Of a DNA stretch of 64,000 nt, positions 36,701-48,700 are shown piece by piece. A program made the position numbers and the translations under genes. Position 1 is the first letter of the stretch, and the number at the start of each line of letters is the position of its first letter. The stretch lies in the NCBI GenBank assembly GCA_021613535.1, contig CP075497.1:4154001-4218000 (forward strand), read 5' to 3'. The DNA comes from Adineta vaga. Taxonomy: Eukaryota > Animalia > Rotifera. Under the pieces are notes generated by a model. That model did not search any database and was not told the DNA's origin. It saw only the letters and a list, made by a program, of their open reading frames with translations.

Positions 36701-39303
36701 AGGACAAAAAATAAAACAACATTAAGTAATAGACAGGCAAACAATAAATCCCTTTTGCTATTGATTCATAAATATTATTCACTGTTATTCATTCGAAAAT
36801 TCCATAAAGAAAAGAAAAAATTGGTAACTAAAGATTTGGTATGAATATGTATATATATATATATAAATTTATCAATGTAATGTGTTGATTTCTAAGTTAG
36901 ATATAATCTATGAATCATGGAGATAAGTTCAAGCGAACGATTTTGTATGTACGTATATATACATAAAGATGGATACATTTATGTATAACGCTTTGTTTTC
37001 ATATCATTGAGCCGACAAGTCTATATCCATCATTTATTCATCCCTGATGAGTGTCATCAACATGAATACAATCGCATCTATATACTAGAGAATAGGTAGA
37101 CGAGAGAGAAAGTGAGAGGCGTCTTCCCATCTTTCTTACTTTTTTCTTTCATTTCTGTCTATGCTCGACTACCTCAAGCTCACATCTACTCTCATTTTGC
37201 TCTTCGTTCTTTTGATTAGCAACTACTATTTCCTTTTCTCTTTCACTTTTCATCGATTAACTTACTCTTTTCTCTTAACAATGAACAATTACCCTTCTCA
37301 AACACTTTCACCTATATATCCTTATTCAGTTATTCATCAATATCCTCCTCAACCATACTATTATTCCTATAATGAATATCCATCATCGTTCTTGTTATCG
37401 CCAATATCTTATACTTCTCACCTCATGATCGATATTCATTATCAGTCCCATACTATGACGATAAAGATACTTATATTTCGGAATATTATCATCATCACCA
37501 TCAACATCATCATCATAATAATCATTCTCATCATTCTAATCAAGGATCATATCTTCCTAATCCCAAATTGAATCGACCACTTCTAAATCCAAGGTAAAAA
37601 ACAACAAGACTCGAATTTTTTCAGTTAGAATGACATATGATTTTTTTTCTCATTTGCATTTTAAAGTTTTCTCTGTCCTGTGCTTCATCATCATTTTTTT
37701 TCTTTCTTCTTGTTCTAGTCAATCACAAGCGACATCATTGTTAAATGAAAGTACATTTCGATCAATAACTGGCCATCAAGAACGAAGTGAATATGAAGCA
37801 AAAAATAGTATGAATGACATTGAAACTCGTGATCATGCTCTTGCAAAACGTGAGAATAAACGATCAGCAAATAGTTTATATAAACAATTAACACCCGTCG
37901 AATTTCTTTCTAAAACACAATCAGAAATTAGACAAGAATTTCGAAAATTACCAAATCCGTCAGCAAAAGATACGCATGCTGCAAAGTAAAATCGAAATTT
38001 AATTGCTTTTCAATGAAGTAAACAAACTTTTTTTCTTTAGAGATGAACGAAATCTTGATAAATCTCGTTATCGAGATGTAATACCAGGTGAAGCAACGCG
38101 TGTTAAACTACAACCTGATGGCGATGAAAAACATGATTTTATCAATGCAAATTATGTCAGTGGACATAATAATCAAGAAAAAGCTTATATTTTCACTCAA
38201 GGTATATTAAATAAAATTCGATAGATGAATTCTTGTTATAGTTAAGTTGATTTCTTTTAGGACCACTTCAAACAACAGTAAAAGATTTTTGGCGTATGGT
38301 TTGGCAAGAAAATATTGTGATTATTGTTATGACAACAAATATACGTGAAACAGGAATGATGAAATGTTTTCCCTATTGGCCAATGGAATCAAGAGAAATT
38401 GTGAATACTGGTTCATATCAAATACAAAATGAAAAATCTGAAAAATTCGATAGTTTTGTTATTACAACATTATCATTACGGAAAAAGAATCATCCAGAAA
38501 ATCGAATTATCTATCATGCACATTATTTAAAATGGCCTGATCATGGTATTCCATCGAATACGAAAGATGCTTTATTATTTTTGGATAAAGTTGAATACTA
38601 TCGACAAATAACGATGACAAAAGCTCCAATTCTTCTTCATTGTTCAGCTGGTATTGGACGTACAGGAACATTTTGTGCAATTGATATTGGAATAAAAAGA
38701 TATTTAGAAAAGAAATTTATTGATATTCCATCAACAGTATTAAAAATGAGAACAGAACGAGCTGGAAGTGTTCAAACAGAAGATCAATATTTATTTGCTT
38801 ATTTAGCCATGATGGATTATATAAAACAGCAACAAGCCTTACAAGAAAGAATCAATGAATCGAACAAAGCATCAGACATACAATTAACTGATGTAAGTCT
38901 ATTGACTAATTTCATCTAATTATATATATATATATTAAATTTCGCTTTCTTTTTCTCTTCTTTTCTTTAAAAGATATCCAATGAAGTACAAATAAAAGAA
39001 ATTGAAATCGATGGTAGTACAGTTGGAACCGTTCGTACAAAGTCCAATGGAAAAAAAATGACGGATTTCGAACAACTAAATAATCTTTTCATGAATAATG
39101 CTGATCCAATAACATACTTACAAGAACCACCGACTCAGCGAGGAAAAACATTAAGTGATTCATCTGTATCTGCTATACAATATGTTACACCAACAACATC
39201 AACATTTCAAACAGTTCCAAGTCGACAACGTTCTTCCACAGAACATATTTCATCGATGCCAGTTACGACTGACAATACACATCATAAGAAAGTTCGTAAA
39301 TAG
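33742..39303 (+). CDS. PTPN9: Non-receptor tyrosine phosphatase with Sec14/CRAL-TRIO domain (PTPN9/MEG2-like)
   Basis: CRAL-TRIO motifs (QQTGLNFIYDM, LLQNGYPAMVKNIFIISAPKWF, IPITLGG) upstream of a PTP domain (KSRYRDV, DFINANYV, QGPL, DFWRMVWQE, WPDHG, HCSAGIGRTG, QTEDQY). Confidence 0.92.
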
Positions 39304-40482
39304 TCAATGAACAAAAATCCATTGAGGACGGCTAGTCTTCTCTCTTTTTCTTCTGTATTATGTTCAAATTACAAAAAATGTAGTCGTTATATCTTTACGG
39401 TTGTTTGTATTTAACTTTTCTTGCTCTCTTTTCCTCTCTCAATTACATACACACGTAAATTTCATTGTTGTTGTCATATTTTTTTTTCTTGTTTGACACA
39501 TATAAATATTCATCCGAATCAAATTAGAAAGAGAAAAACATTACATTTTTGACAACGCAAAAACTAATTGAAAATGCAATCAAATCAAATATCAGATTAC
39601 AAGAATATTTGATGTTTATCTTCTATGATGTATAATATTTAATTAAAATACCACTGAACGACTTAAGATTCATAAAGAACATGTACCTGACAATTTTAAA
39701 GGAAATATGACATTTACTTATTGAAGCAAAGAAAAGCGATTCTATTAGTCGTTGTCATGTTTTTCAAATTCTTAATACGAATTTATCTTACGATAGTTTA
39801 AGCTCATATCTAGATTAACCTTTACTGTTCCTCTACACAGAAGAATATCAAATTTATATACATATCCGTAGGCGAAAGTCTCGTTACTTCACCATATTTT
39901 TTCTTTCAACGTGTCAAATAATGATTGTATCAAGGTTTTATTGTTCAGAATTGCAGAAAATGTACATTTAACAGATGAAAATCTTGTTTTTTGTTGAATA
40001 TAGATCATTGATAAGTGAATCTTTTCAAGAGTTCATTAAAAAAATGATGTATGAAAACCTAATTGATTTCGATATTTTGTAAATAAACTGTATTTTCTCA
40101 CTGTTCAACATATAAAAAACAAATATTAAACCGTATCTATCTTTCGATTTCATCGAATACTTGTTTCTGTTTTTCTATGTAACAAGGAATGGAAGTTGTC
40201 TACTGTATGTCCTTTTCCCTAGATTATCTGTATATACAGAAATAACCTCGACGGGATAAAAGTACATCAGGCGATTACATATATCCTACTTTGTTCACAT
40301 TGTTCGATACTACAATATCTTCTTTATCTATGATACTGGATAACATTAGATTACATCTCTCACTTTCTTTTGTTATGTAATTCAGGTGCTTTGTTTCCCT
40401 ATAGTATATATAGAGATGAAATTCACTGATTAGATTATCATACGCACATTATTTTATTTATTTATTTAACAAATTTTCAAAC

Positions 40483-41214
40483 ATGCAATCAACAATCATC
40501 GCTTTAGTCGCCTTTGGTATGCTTTTGACATTTGTACAATGTACTGATAAAAATATGGTTAGTGAATACCAAATCAAACAAAGTATGTAATTTGTTGTTG
40601 TTTTTGATTATACTTATTTCATTGATTGTGTACAATTATAGGCTTTATCAGTGTTGGTCGTACATATGATGTTGAAAGCAAAACAAATGCTCCAACAAAA
40701 TTCTCAGTCCGTAATGAACTTTTCAGTGTTGGAAAGAAACTTTATTTATTAGAAGATGGCAAAGAACGTTATTCAGTATGAAAAATTGAAAGAATTCATA
40801 TTCTTTTTTCTATTATCTATCTTTTTTTTATACAGGTTCTCCACAAACTTACAAATATAATGTCAACATGGGAAATCACTGACTTACATAACAACAAAGA
40901 AGTTGGTATGATTGAAAACAAACTTAAATTCGTTGGATCCATGATGCAAGCAACTGGTTCATTTGGTACCTACAAAATCGAAGGTGATTTCGGTAGCTTC
41001 ACATATACAATTATGAAAGATGGTGAAAAAGTAAATATTTGTTATTTAAAATAAGTTCGATACTAGTTTCCATTTCGAATTTCTTTAGGTTGCCTCAATC
41101 GATAAGAAAGTTCTCAGTTTACATCATACCTATGACTTAACAGTCTATGGTGAATCTGACCGTGCTCTCATGGTATTATTTTCAATCATTGTCAACGAAA
41201 TCCGTGAACATTAA
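40483..41214 (+). CDS. Secreted LURP-one-related (LOR, tubby-C/scramblase-like) protein, 4 exons
   Basis: Signal peptide MQSTIIALVAFGMLLTFVQC, then YQIKQ.FISVGRTYDV..FSVGKKLYL..YKIEGDFGSFTYTIMKDGEKVASIDKKVLSLHHTYDLTV and a terminal hydrophobic helix ALMVLFSIIV, the pattern of LOR/DUF567 proteins. Confidence 0.75.
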
Positions 41215-41354
41215 ACAACATATCGGTCTTCAATAGATATATATATATATGTGTGTGTGTCTGTGCAAATACATTTATATTCAGAATAATCTGCTATCTA
41301 TTTCTTAAATAAAATTTCAAATAATATAAACGATTGAATTCTATTTATTCTTGC

Positions 41355-43012
41355 TCATTGTTTCTGTTTTCGATCATTGAATAGTTCGATGATTGTTTTA
41401 TGTTGCCATGGTCGAGATGGTGGTGGTTCATTGGAATTATTTTCTATCAAATTTCGAAAACGATTAAGGACACGTTTTCGATAAGAATTACTCAATGATG
41501 TTGATCCAGTTGAAAGATCTTGTGTTGAAGACATTTTCGATAATCCAAGTTTATTCAATCGAGAAGATATTGAACTCGATAATGTTTGCGATTTGCGAGG
41601 AAAATCATTGTCATGATCATATTTTAATGGATGTCGTCCATCAAGATATTTTACTTGAAGTAATTTTGGTTCAGCAAGCATCGTATCATTATTGTTTGCT
41701 AAACGATATTCTGATGTAACTGTTCGAGCACATTTTTTCATTAATAATAATACAGATGATGTCTTCGAAAGACTCTGTGAACCTGACGTCATCGGAAGCA
41801 TTGATGATGATTGATCATACATTGAAATATTCATTGTCATTTGATCGTCGTCGACGATACGAGATTGATTTAGTGGAATATCATTATTCGATGGAGAAAA
41901 AGAAATTGAACTATTGTTAATTTCACTAGAAAAGAATTGTTTTGTAAAGAAATAGACAAATTAAATGTTCATATACATACGTTGATCTATTTTGTCGTGG
42001 AGGTAATCCAATGTCTTTTTTAACTGTAGTTGTTGTAACTGGTATTATTGGTACTGGAATAGGTTCAGATTTTTGTTGACCATATTTTTCCATACATGCT
42101 CGATCGAATGCAAATGTACGCGTTAATGTTGTTGTACCCATTTTTGGACCAGGCCGTTGTATTTGTACAGGATTTGATGTACGTTGAGTCGATAGGCTTG
42201 AAAAAGTTGTTGTTGTTCGGATTGGTATCGATACCGGAGGTGGCTGTCGATTTTCAATAGAATCAAGACTTGTATTTGAAATACAGATAGGATTCTTCAA
42301 TTTTTGTTCAGTTATATTTGTTGTCGTATTCAATAGTTCATCATCAGATGATGTTGAAAGATGTTGTTCTTTATTCGATACACGTGAATTTGTTTTCACA
42401 CGTTTTGTAAATCTACTTAAAGATTTTGCTTTATTGAAAAGTATCTCATTCGGTGATTCTTGTATGATCGGTTGAGTTACTTTAGCATATTCTTCAACTT
42501 CGCAAACTTGTTCTTGCAGTTGTTCAACTAAATATTCTTCCTTTGGTATCTTAATAACAAAAAAGAGAAGAAAAGAATTGACGTAATCTTATTTGAAATC
42601 TATCGAAAAAAAGTACTTCGATCGTCAATGAAACAGTGAATTGTTCATAATTCACAGGATGTTCATCCGTATTACTTTGAGCAAAATGTAATTCTTCCAT
42701 TTCTTCTACCATTTCTTCTTCTTCTTCGACTTCTTGTTCTTTTTGAACATTTGTTAAGATTTCAGTAACTGAACGAGGTCGTTGAATTTCCAATACAACA
42801 TAACAACTTTCTATTGATGATGTTGAACAACTTCTGCTACTATTATTTTGTACAGGAGTATGAGAAACATCAGTTATATCGGTTTCTTCAGGAATTGATT
42901 CAGATGTTAATAAATTAAACCATGAGATACCATTCGAAGTATTATCTGTCCAGCTACTTTCGTATACAATTTGTTCCGTATAATGATTTGTACAATCGCC
43001 GGTAGCGAGCAT
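41355..43012 (-). CDS. Ser/Thr-rich, probably disordered protein of unknown function, about 3 exons
   Basis: Three consecutive minus-strand ORFs separated by GT-AG intron-like gaps, with coding-like codon usage. ATG 43012 (MLATGDC...). No recognisable domain. Confidence 0.7.
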
Positions 43013-43788
43013 ATTTCTTTGAATTAATTTTTTTTTCTCAATCGATCGATTCAAAGCTCATTACTTTTTAATGATAATAATGATGATGATGATGTTCGTT
43101 TCACTTTGTCTTCACGGTCCTTTTTCTTTCTACGTGGAGACGAATAAAATGACAAAGAATATATATATATATATATATATATACATTTGTATACACACAA
43201 AGGTGATGTAAACACATGCACACATATGAACGGTAGGAGCATCCGGCCAAATCGATGGGTCTTGCGTAATCTTTTCTTTTTGTCTTCTACATATGAATAC
43301 AGGAAGCGTGATGTAGTATACTACGCTATGAAGTTGATTACAAAAAAAAAGAAAAGAAACGGATGATATATGTATGTGATATGTGCACTTGATTAGAAAT
43401 GAAAGATTGAATACGTGATAATATATCAAACTATAGATGTATCTCTACCGATGATGTACTGAAGAGTTGAACGCGAGATTATCGTTTAAAATGATTGCTT
43501 ACTTTTAGTTTAAATCATCTACGATTATCTTAATAGATATCTATCATCGAGAGTATAAACATTAGATTTTGATATCTGTCGATTAATCATTTATTTCAAA
43601 TATTAACTAATACTATTGATCATATGTAATACTCTTGATACAGATAGAAGGAAATCATATGACTGAAAATTCGAATTAAATATGATCTTATTATTAATCA
43701 AAAACATTTCTCCTCTCGAATTTCATTATATTCTGAAAATGTCAAATGATAAGATAAAGTTTGTTTGATTTGTGTTTCATTTTTAACA

Positions 43789-45267
43789 ATGAAACGTTTG
43801 TATTTACTCGCAATTTTCATCGTTTGTCAAGCTAGTGATGAACTTCAACAGATAACTTTAATGAGTTATAATGTCATGCTTCTACCAAGTATTCTTGTCT
43901 TTGAACGTGATCAAATAACTCGTGCACATCTTTTAACGAAAGCCAAATTTTTACATACAAGTGATATACTTTGTTTACAAGAAGTCTTTCAACAGAAACC
44001 AAGTGAAATTCTTCTTGATTCATTAGCAAAAACATATCCATATAGTACACCTGTACTTGGTAATGATGAAGATAAAGATGAATGGAATGATATATGGAAT
44101 GATCCAATCAGTTCGAGTTCATTAAAATTCGTTAGTGGTGGTGTAACTATTTTGAGTAAATGGCCAATTATTTATGCAGGACAATATTTTTATAAATATT
44201 CATGTAGTGCACATACGTTTGTTCGAACTGGTTTTGTTTATGCAAAGATTTTATATGAGAAAATGAAATATCCTATACATGTGTTTGGTACACATTTACA
44301 ACCGAATGATCATCGTGGCTGTTATATCTATGGTGAAGATAAAATACGTGAAAAACAAATGTTTGAATTACATGATTTTATTCAATCACGAAATATTTCA
44401 TCGAATCAATTAGTTTTTATACTTGGTGATATGAATATCAATAAATATCATTCGAAACAATATGAAACAATGGTTCAAATTTTAAATGTTCATCCACAAT
44501 ATTTACATTCATCAAGTGTTCCATGTAGTTGGGATAGTTCATATAATGCAATGACAAATTCAAAACATGATAATCAATTATTAGATTATATTTTTCTTCA
44601 TAAAAATCATACACCGAAAAATTCACTTTGGTATAATTTAATTACGGATCGAATGGCATCTAAACAATGGCATTTACTTAGTCGAAATCATTCGTTTTAT
44701 AATAAACGAAATATACCTTTAGTTGAACTTTCTGATCATTATCCCGTCATAGGTTTCTTTCAACAAAATAAACAACAATGGTCGCGAAAACAATCAGGTG
44801 TATTAACTTACGTGAAATTTGTCACTGCTGATAGAAATCTACCAGTGATGATTGTTGATCGTGAATTACGTATAGGAACATCGGAAAATGAAACAAGTTC
44901 ATTATTTATTCTAACAAATAATGGTACACCACGTCGACATCGATGTTTACGATCTGAACAATATATTCTCTTAATTGATGGAATTAAATCAGAATTTTAT
45001 TTATCAAATGAAAAACTCCTTCGAATGAAACATGGTAAAGAACAAGCAAATCGTTATTTAAAAATTATTCAAATTGATCATTCTTCCGCATGTATCCAAA
45101 CAAATTCAATCATTATTTTTCAATCACGTTTATCAACAGGAAATTTTTATATTAAAAATCAATCATCACATTTATGTTCTTGTACGCATGATCGATCTCA
45201 AGCACAAGAATTTCGTTTAATTGAAATTGAACGAAAAAATATTAGCTGTAAAATCACATATGAATAG
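43789..45267 (+). CDS. Secreted bacterial-type sphingomyelinase C (EEP superfamily) with C-terminal extension, intronless
   Basis: Signal peptide; SYNV, LQEVF, GGVTILSKWPI, GFVYAKI, HVFGTHLQ, GDMNI, LDYIF and LSDHYPV are colinear with Bacillus cereus/Staphylococcus/Leptospira SMase C motifs. Confidence 0.9.
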   Translation: MKRLYLLAIFIVCQASDELQQITLMSYNVMLLPSILVFERDQITRAHLLTKAKFLHTSDILCLQEVFQQKPSEILLDSLAKTYPYSTPVLGNDEDKDEWNDIWNDPISSSSLKFVSGGVTILSKWPIIYAGQYFYKYSCSAHTFVRTGFVYAKILYEKMKYPIHVFGTHLQPNDHRGCYIYGEDKIREKQMFELHDFIQSRNISSNQLVFILGDMNINKYHSKQYETMVQILNVHPQYLHSSSVPCSWDSSYNAMTNSKHDNQLLDYIFLHKNHTPKNSLWYNLITDRMASKQWHLLSRNHSFYNKRNIPLVELSDHYPVIGFFQQNKQQWSRKQSGVLTYVKFVTADRNLPVMIVDRELRIGTSENETSSLFILTNNGTPRRHRCLRSEQYILLIDGIKSEFYLSNEKLLRMKHGKEQANRYLKIIQIDHSSACIQTNSIIIFQSRLSTGNFYIKNQSSHLCSCTHDRSQAQEFRLIEIERKNISCKITYE

Positions 45268-45787
45268 TAAAATATATAAGTTCATCGAATTACTGTCCTC
45301 TTCTAATACTAAGTATTTCCTATCATTCAATGTTCTTTTCAAATAATTGATCAGATTTCTAATTCTTTGTATCATTTATCCACCGCATGGTTAGTATTAT
45401 TATTTGTTCAACTAGACACACACACACACAAACAAATAAACATGTCGACGATCTGACAGTATAGATAATGATATACAACAAAATACTGTATGTAGACAGA
45501 AAAATCTCGATGGAAAGAAAGAACAAACGAAATCTCATCATTGATTGATGATTTACTTGATTTCGTTATCAGAAAAATCAACGAGTCCGTATAATATATT
45601 AGTTTTCTTATGTTCTATTTATCTCAAACACACACACACAATACAAAAAGAAAAACAAGCATTGTTTTTTTAAGTTCATCATAGTCATGAATAAGACAAG
45701 AAGAGAGAAGATTTAATAAACATATACACATATGTTTCTATGTCGTATGTACAATGGCACGTAGGAAAGGAAGTAAAAGTTTTATTT

Positions 45788-48700
45788 TCAACTGAATTGT
45801 TTCGTCCATTGGGATTGAAATAATGTTCGTAATAAATGTCCGGCTTGACCAACAGGACTATCATCTTCATTGAAATATTCACAATTATTTAAAATTAATT
45901 CGACATCATGGAAAAAATCGTCACGTTTTGTATATTGATTATGGCGCATTTTCTTTTTCATTGTGGCAAAATCCATTGGTTCTTTAATACATTCATAATA
46001 TTCAGGATGTTCTTTATTATCAACAGGAGTTTGAAATGGCCATGAAACATCACTTTTTAATAATTCATTTAAAATAATTCTGAAAAAGAAAAACGAAATG
46101 TTTTGTCGAATCAGTTTGAAAGTATTCATGTCACTTTCTACCTGCAAGCTTTGGCATCATTATTTGTTTTGGATTTTTTTGAAGATTTTTTCTTTGAATT
46201 ATTATTATTTGTTGTGTTACCAATTATTGGTGATGGAATATCTTCATCAACATCGTTATTTTCGATTGGTGATGTATCATTTGTATTATTCATTGTCGTT
46301 GTATCTGTATGCGAAGAATTTGAATGTGATTCTTGTAATGATACATTCTCATGATTGTTGCTTTTAGATTTTCGATTATTGTTCGATCTATTTCGATTAT
46401 TATTCGTTGTTGATGGTGTCTGATTGATTGTATCACCATTAGGATTTGAGGGTGTTGATGTTTGTCGAGAATTAATTGAACGAGATGTTTGTCGACTCAT
46501 GGACTACAAAATTTTTAAAAAAAAGAAGAGATTCGTGTTTTCATTCGACAAATTTCATTGATAAGAAATCTTACAGATTTTGTTGGTGTTGTACCATTCG
46601 AAAATGAAGGATCATTAGCAGCACATAGAACACATAACCATTTTCCACGTTGTTGTTTAGCATTTTTCAAGCATTCTTCATGAAATAATTTTCCACAATG
46701 TTCACATCGATTGAATTGATCATCACTTTTATTTCCACAGACAAAGCATAAATTTTCACCTTTGGCTTTTCCAATACAAACATAACAATACCTAGATTAC
46801 ATATAAAACGATAATTTCTTAATGTCAATCGTCAATAAAAATCTTACCAATCATTCGGTGGTATAAATGACATCGGTGGAAGAAAACAATACGTATGTGT
46901 TCCATGATCACATCCATCACATAGTAATAGTTTTTCTTCATCATTATCTGAATTACAGATTTCACAATAAACTCTCATGATTGATCTTTCCCATGCAATA
47001 CAACGTTCTAACTGTGTTAAGCAAAGAGCTAATTGTGCCGGTGTACGTGATTCATTTACAGTTCGTCTCCAACGTTCAAGTTGTTGTGGTACTTCATCAA
47101 ATTTTGACGATGAAACAATTTCATTTGTCGAATTTTCTAATGTATGATGATAGGAACTATTTTGATTGATACGATTCAATGACGATAAATTCACTTCACA
47201 TCTACGAACAAATGGATGTTTTAAATAACGTCGTTCAATATTACGTTCAAGTTCAGTTAGAAGATGTTTAGCTTCATCAAGAACATCGGAACCTTTTGAT
47301 TGAATATCGGAATAGGTTAAACGTTTACGAGAAATATTCGAATCATATGAACGACATTGTAAACTTGAAGATATAATTCGATCGGATAGATTATAAATTT
47401 CATTGAGAACATCCATTTCATGTGTATCGTCAAAATTTGCATTTTCAGTTTCCATCAGATCATTTGATGATATTACTTGTTGTTCCGAATTATCATTCTC
47501 TGTATCATTTTCAGTGGATGATAGTGAGGTTTCCTTTGAGATTCGATTGAAAATTTTGTCTCATAGAATTTGTGATAATATCGAAATAACGTTGAAGCAT
47601 TCGACATAAATATCGTTCACGTTGACCACGTTTAGCGAGAGATTTTATTAAGGAACGTAATTCTTCAGATGTTTGAATTAACCACCATCCAGATTGAACA
47701 TCTAATAAAAGAGAAAAAGAAATAATAGATAAATACATAATTCGATAAAGTCATTTTTTTACCTTCTGGAATCGGTAATGGTTGTGTATATTGATATTTC
47801 TCTCGAATGCTTTGTTCGATTTGTTTATAAGCATTATTTGTTGATTCTTGTTTTACAGATGCTGAAAAATCATATGGATTTATTGTTTCATTTGTATTTG
47901 TTAAATTAAGAATATTCGTTGGAATAATATTTTCCTGTTTAATATTATTAAATAATATCGACGTGTTACTAAGACCATTCAATTCTTGGAATTGATCATA
48001 TTTATTTGATGTTGGTGGTAATAAATGTGCAGCTTGAGTATGTTGAAATTTCCAATAATCTTCTTCACATGAACGTTTCGGTTTTGAACATGAAAGATCC
48101 AGTGGCAGACTGTCATCCACGATTTCGTTGAAGGTTCGTTTATTATTAATGTCAACTTCGTCAATTGGTTCAGTTTTAATCACATCTGTTTGATCATCTA
48201 TACCATTCGTATTTTTTACATCTTCATTATCCTCTCTTTTTGCAGCCATACAAAAAGAAGATAAATCCATTGTAGCAAAATCTTCTGTTACATTCTCGGA
48301 TGTACTTTCTTGTTGTTGTTGTTGTTGTTGTGGTGGTGGTGGTGGTGGTGGTGGCTGTTCTTCTTCGTCATTATCACATTGTTCAGTTTTAATTTGATCT
48401 AAATCGATTGGAGTTGATTGTTCCACTGAATTTCCTAACAATGCTGATGATGGTGGCGGTGTTGGATTTGGATTTTTAACTGGTTGTTTTTTACGTTGTG
48501 TTGAACGAGATGGAATAATTATATCGATTGTATTCTCGAGTTTTAGTTTCGTTGCATTTTCAACTGTATCTTTGATAACATTCGGACAGATATCACCTGA
48601 TGTTAATCCTTCGACATAGATTCCTGGTAAATGTGAAAAATACCAATAACGACGACGATATCGATCTTGTCCAAGATGAAGTGCACGTGTATGAGAATGT

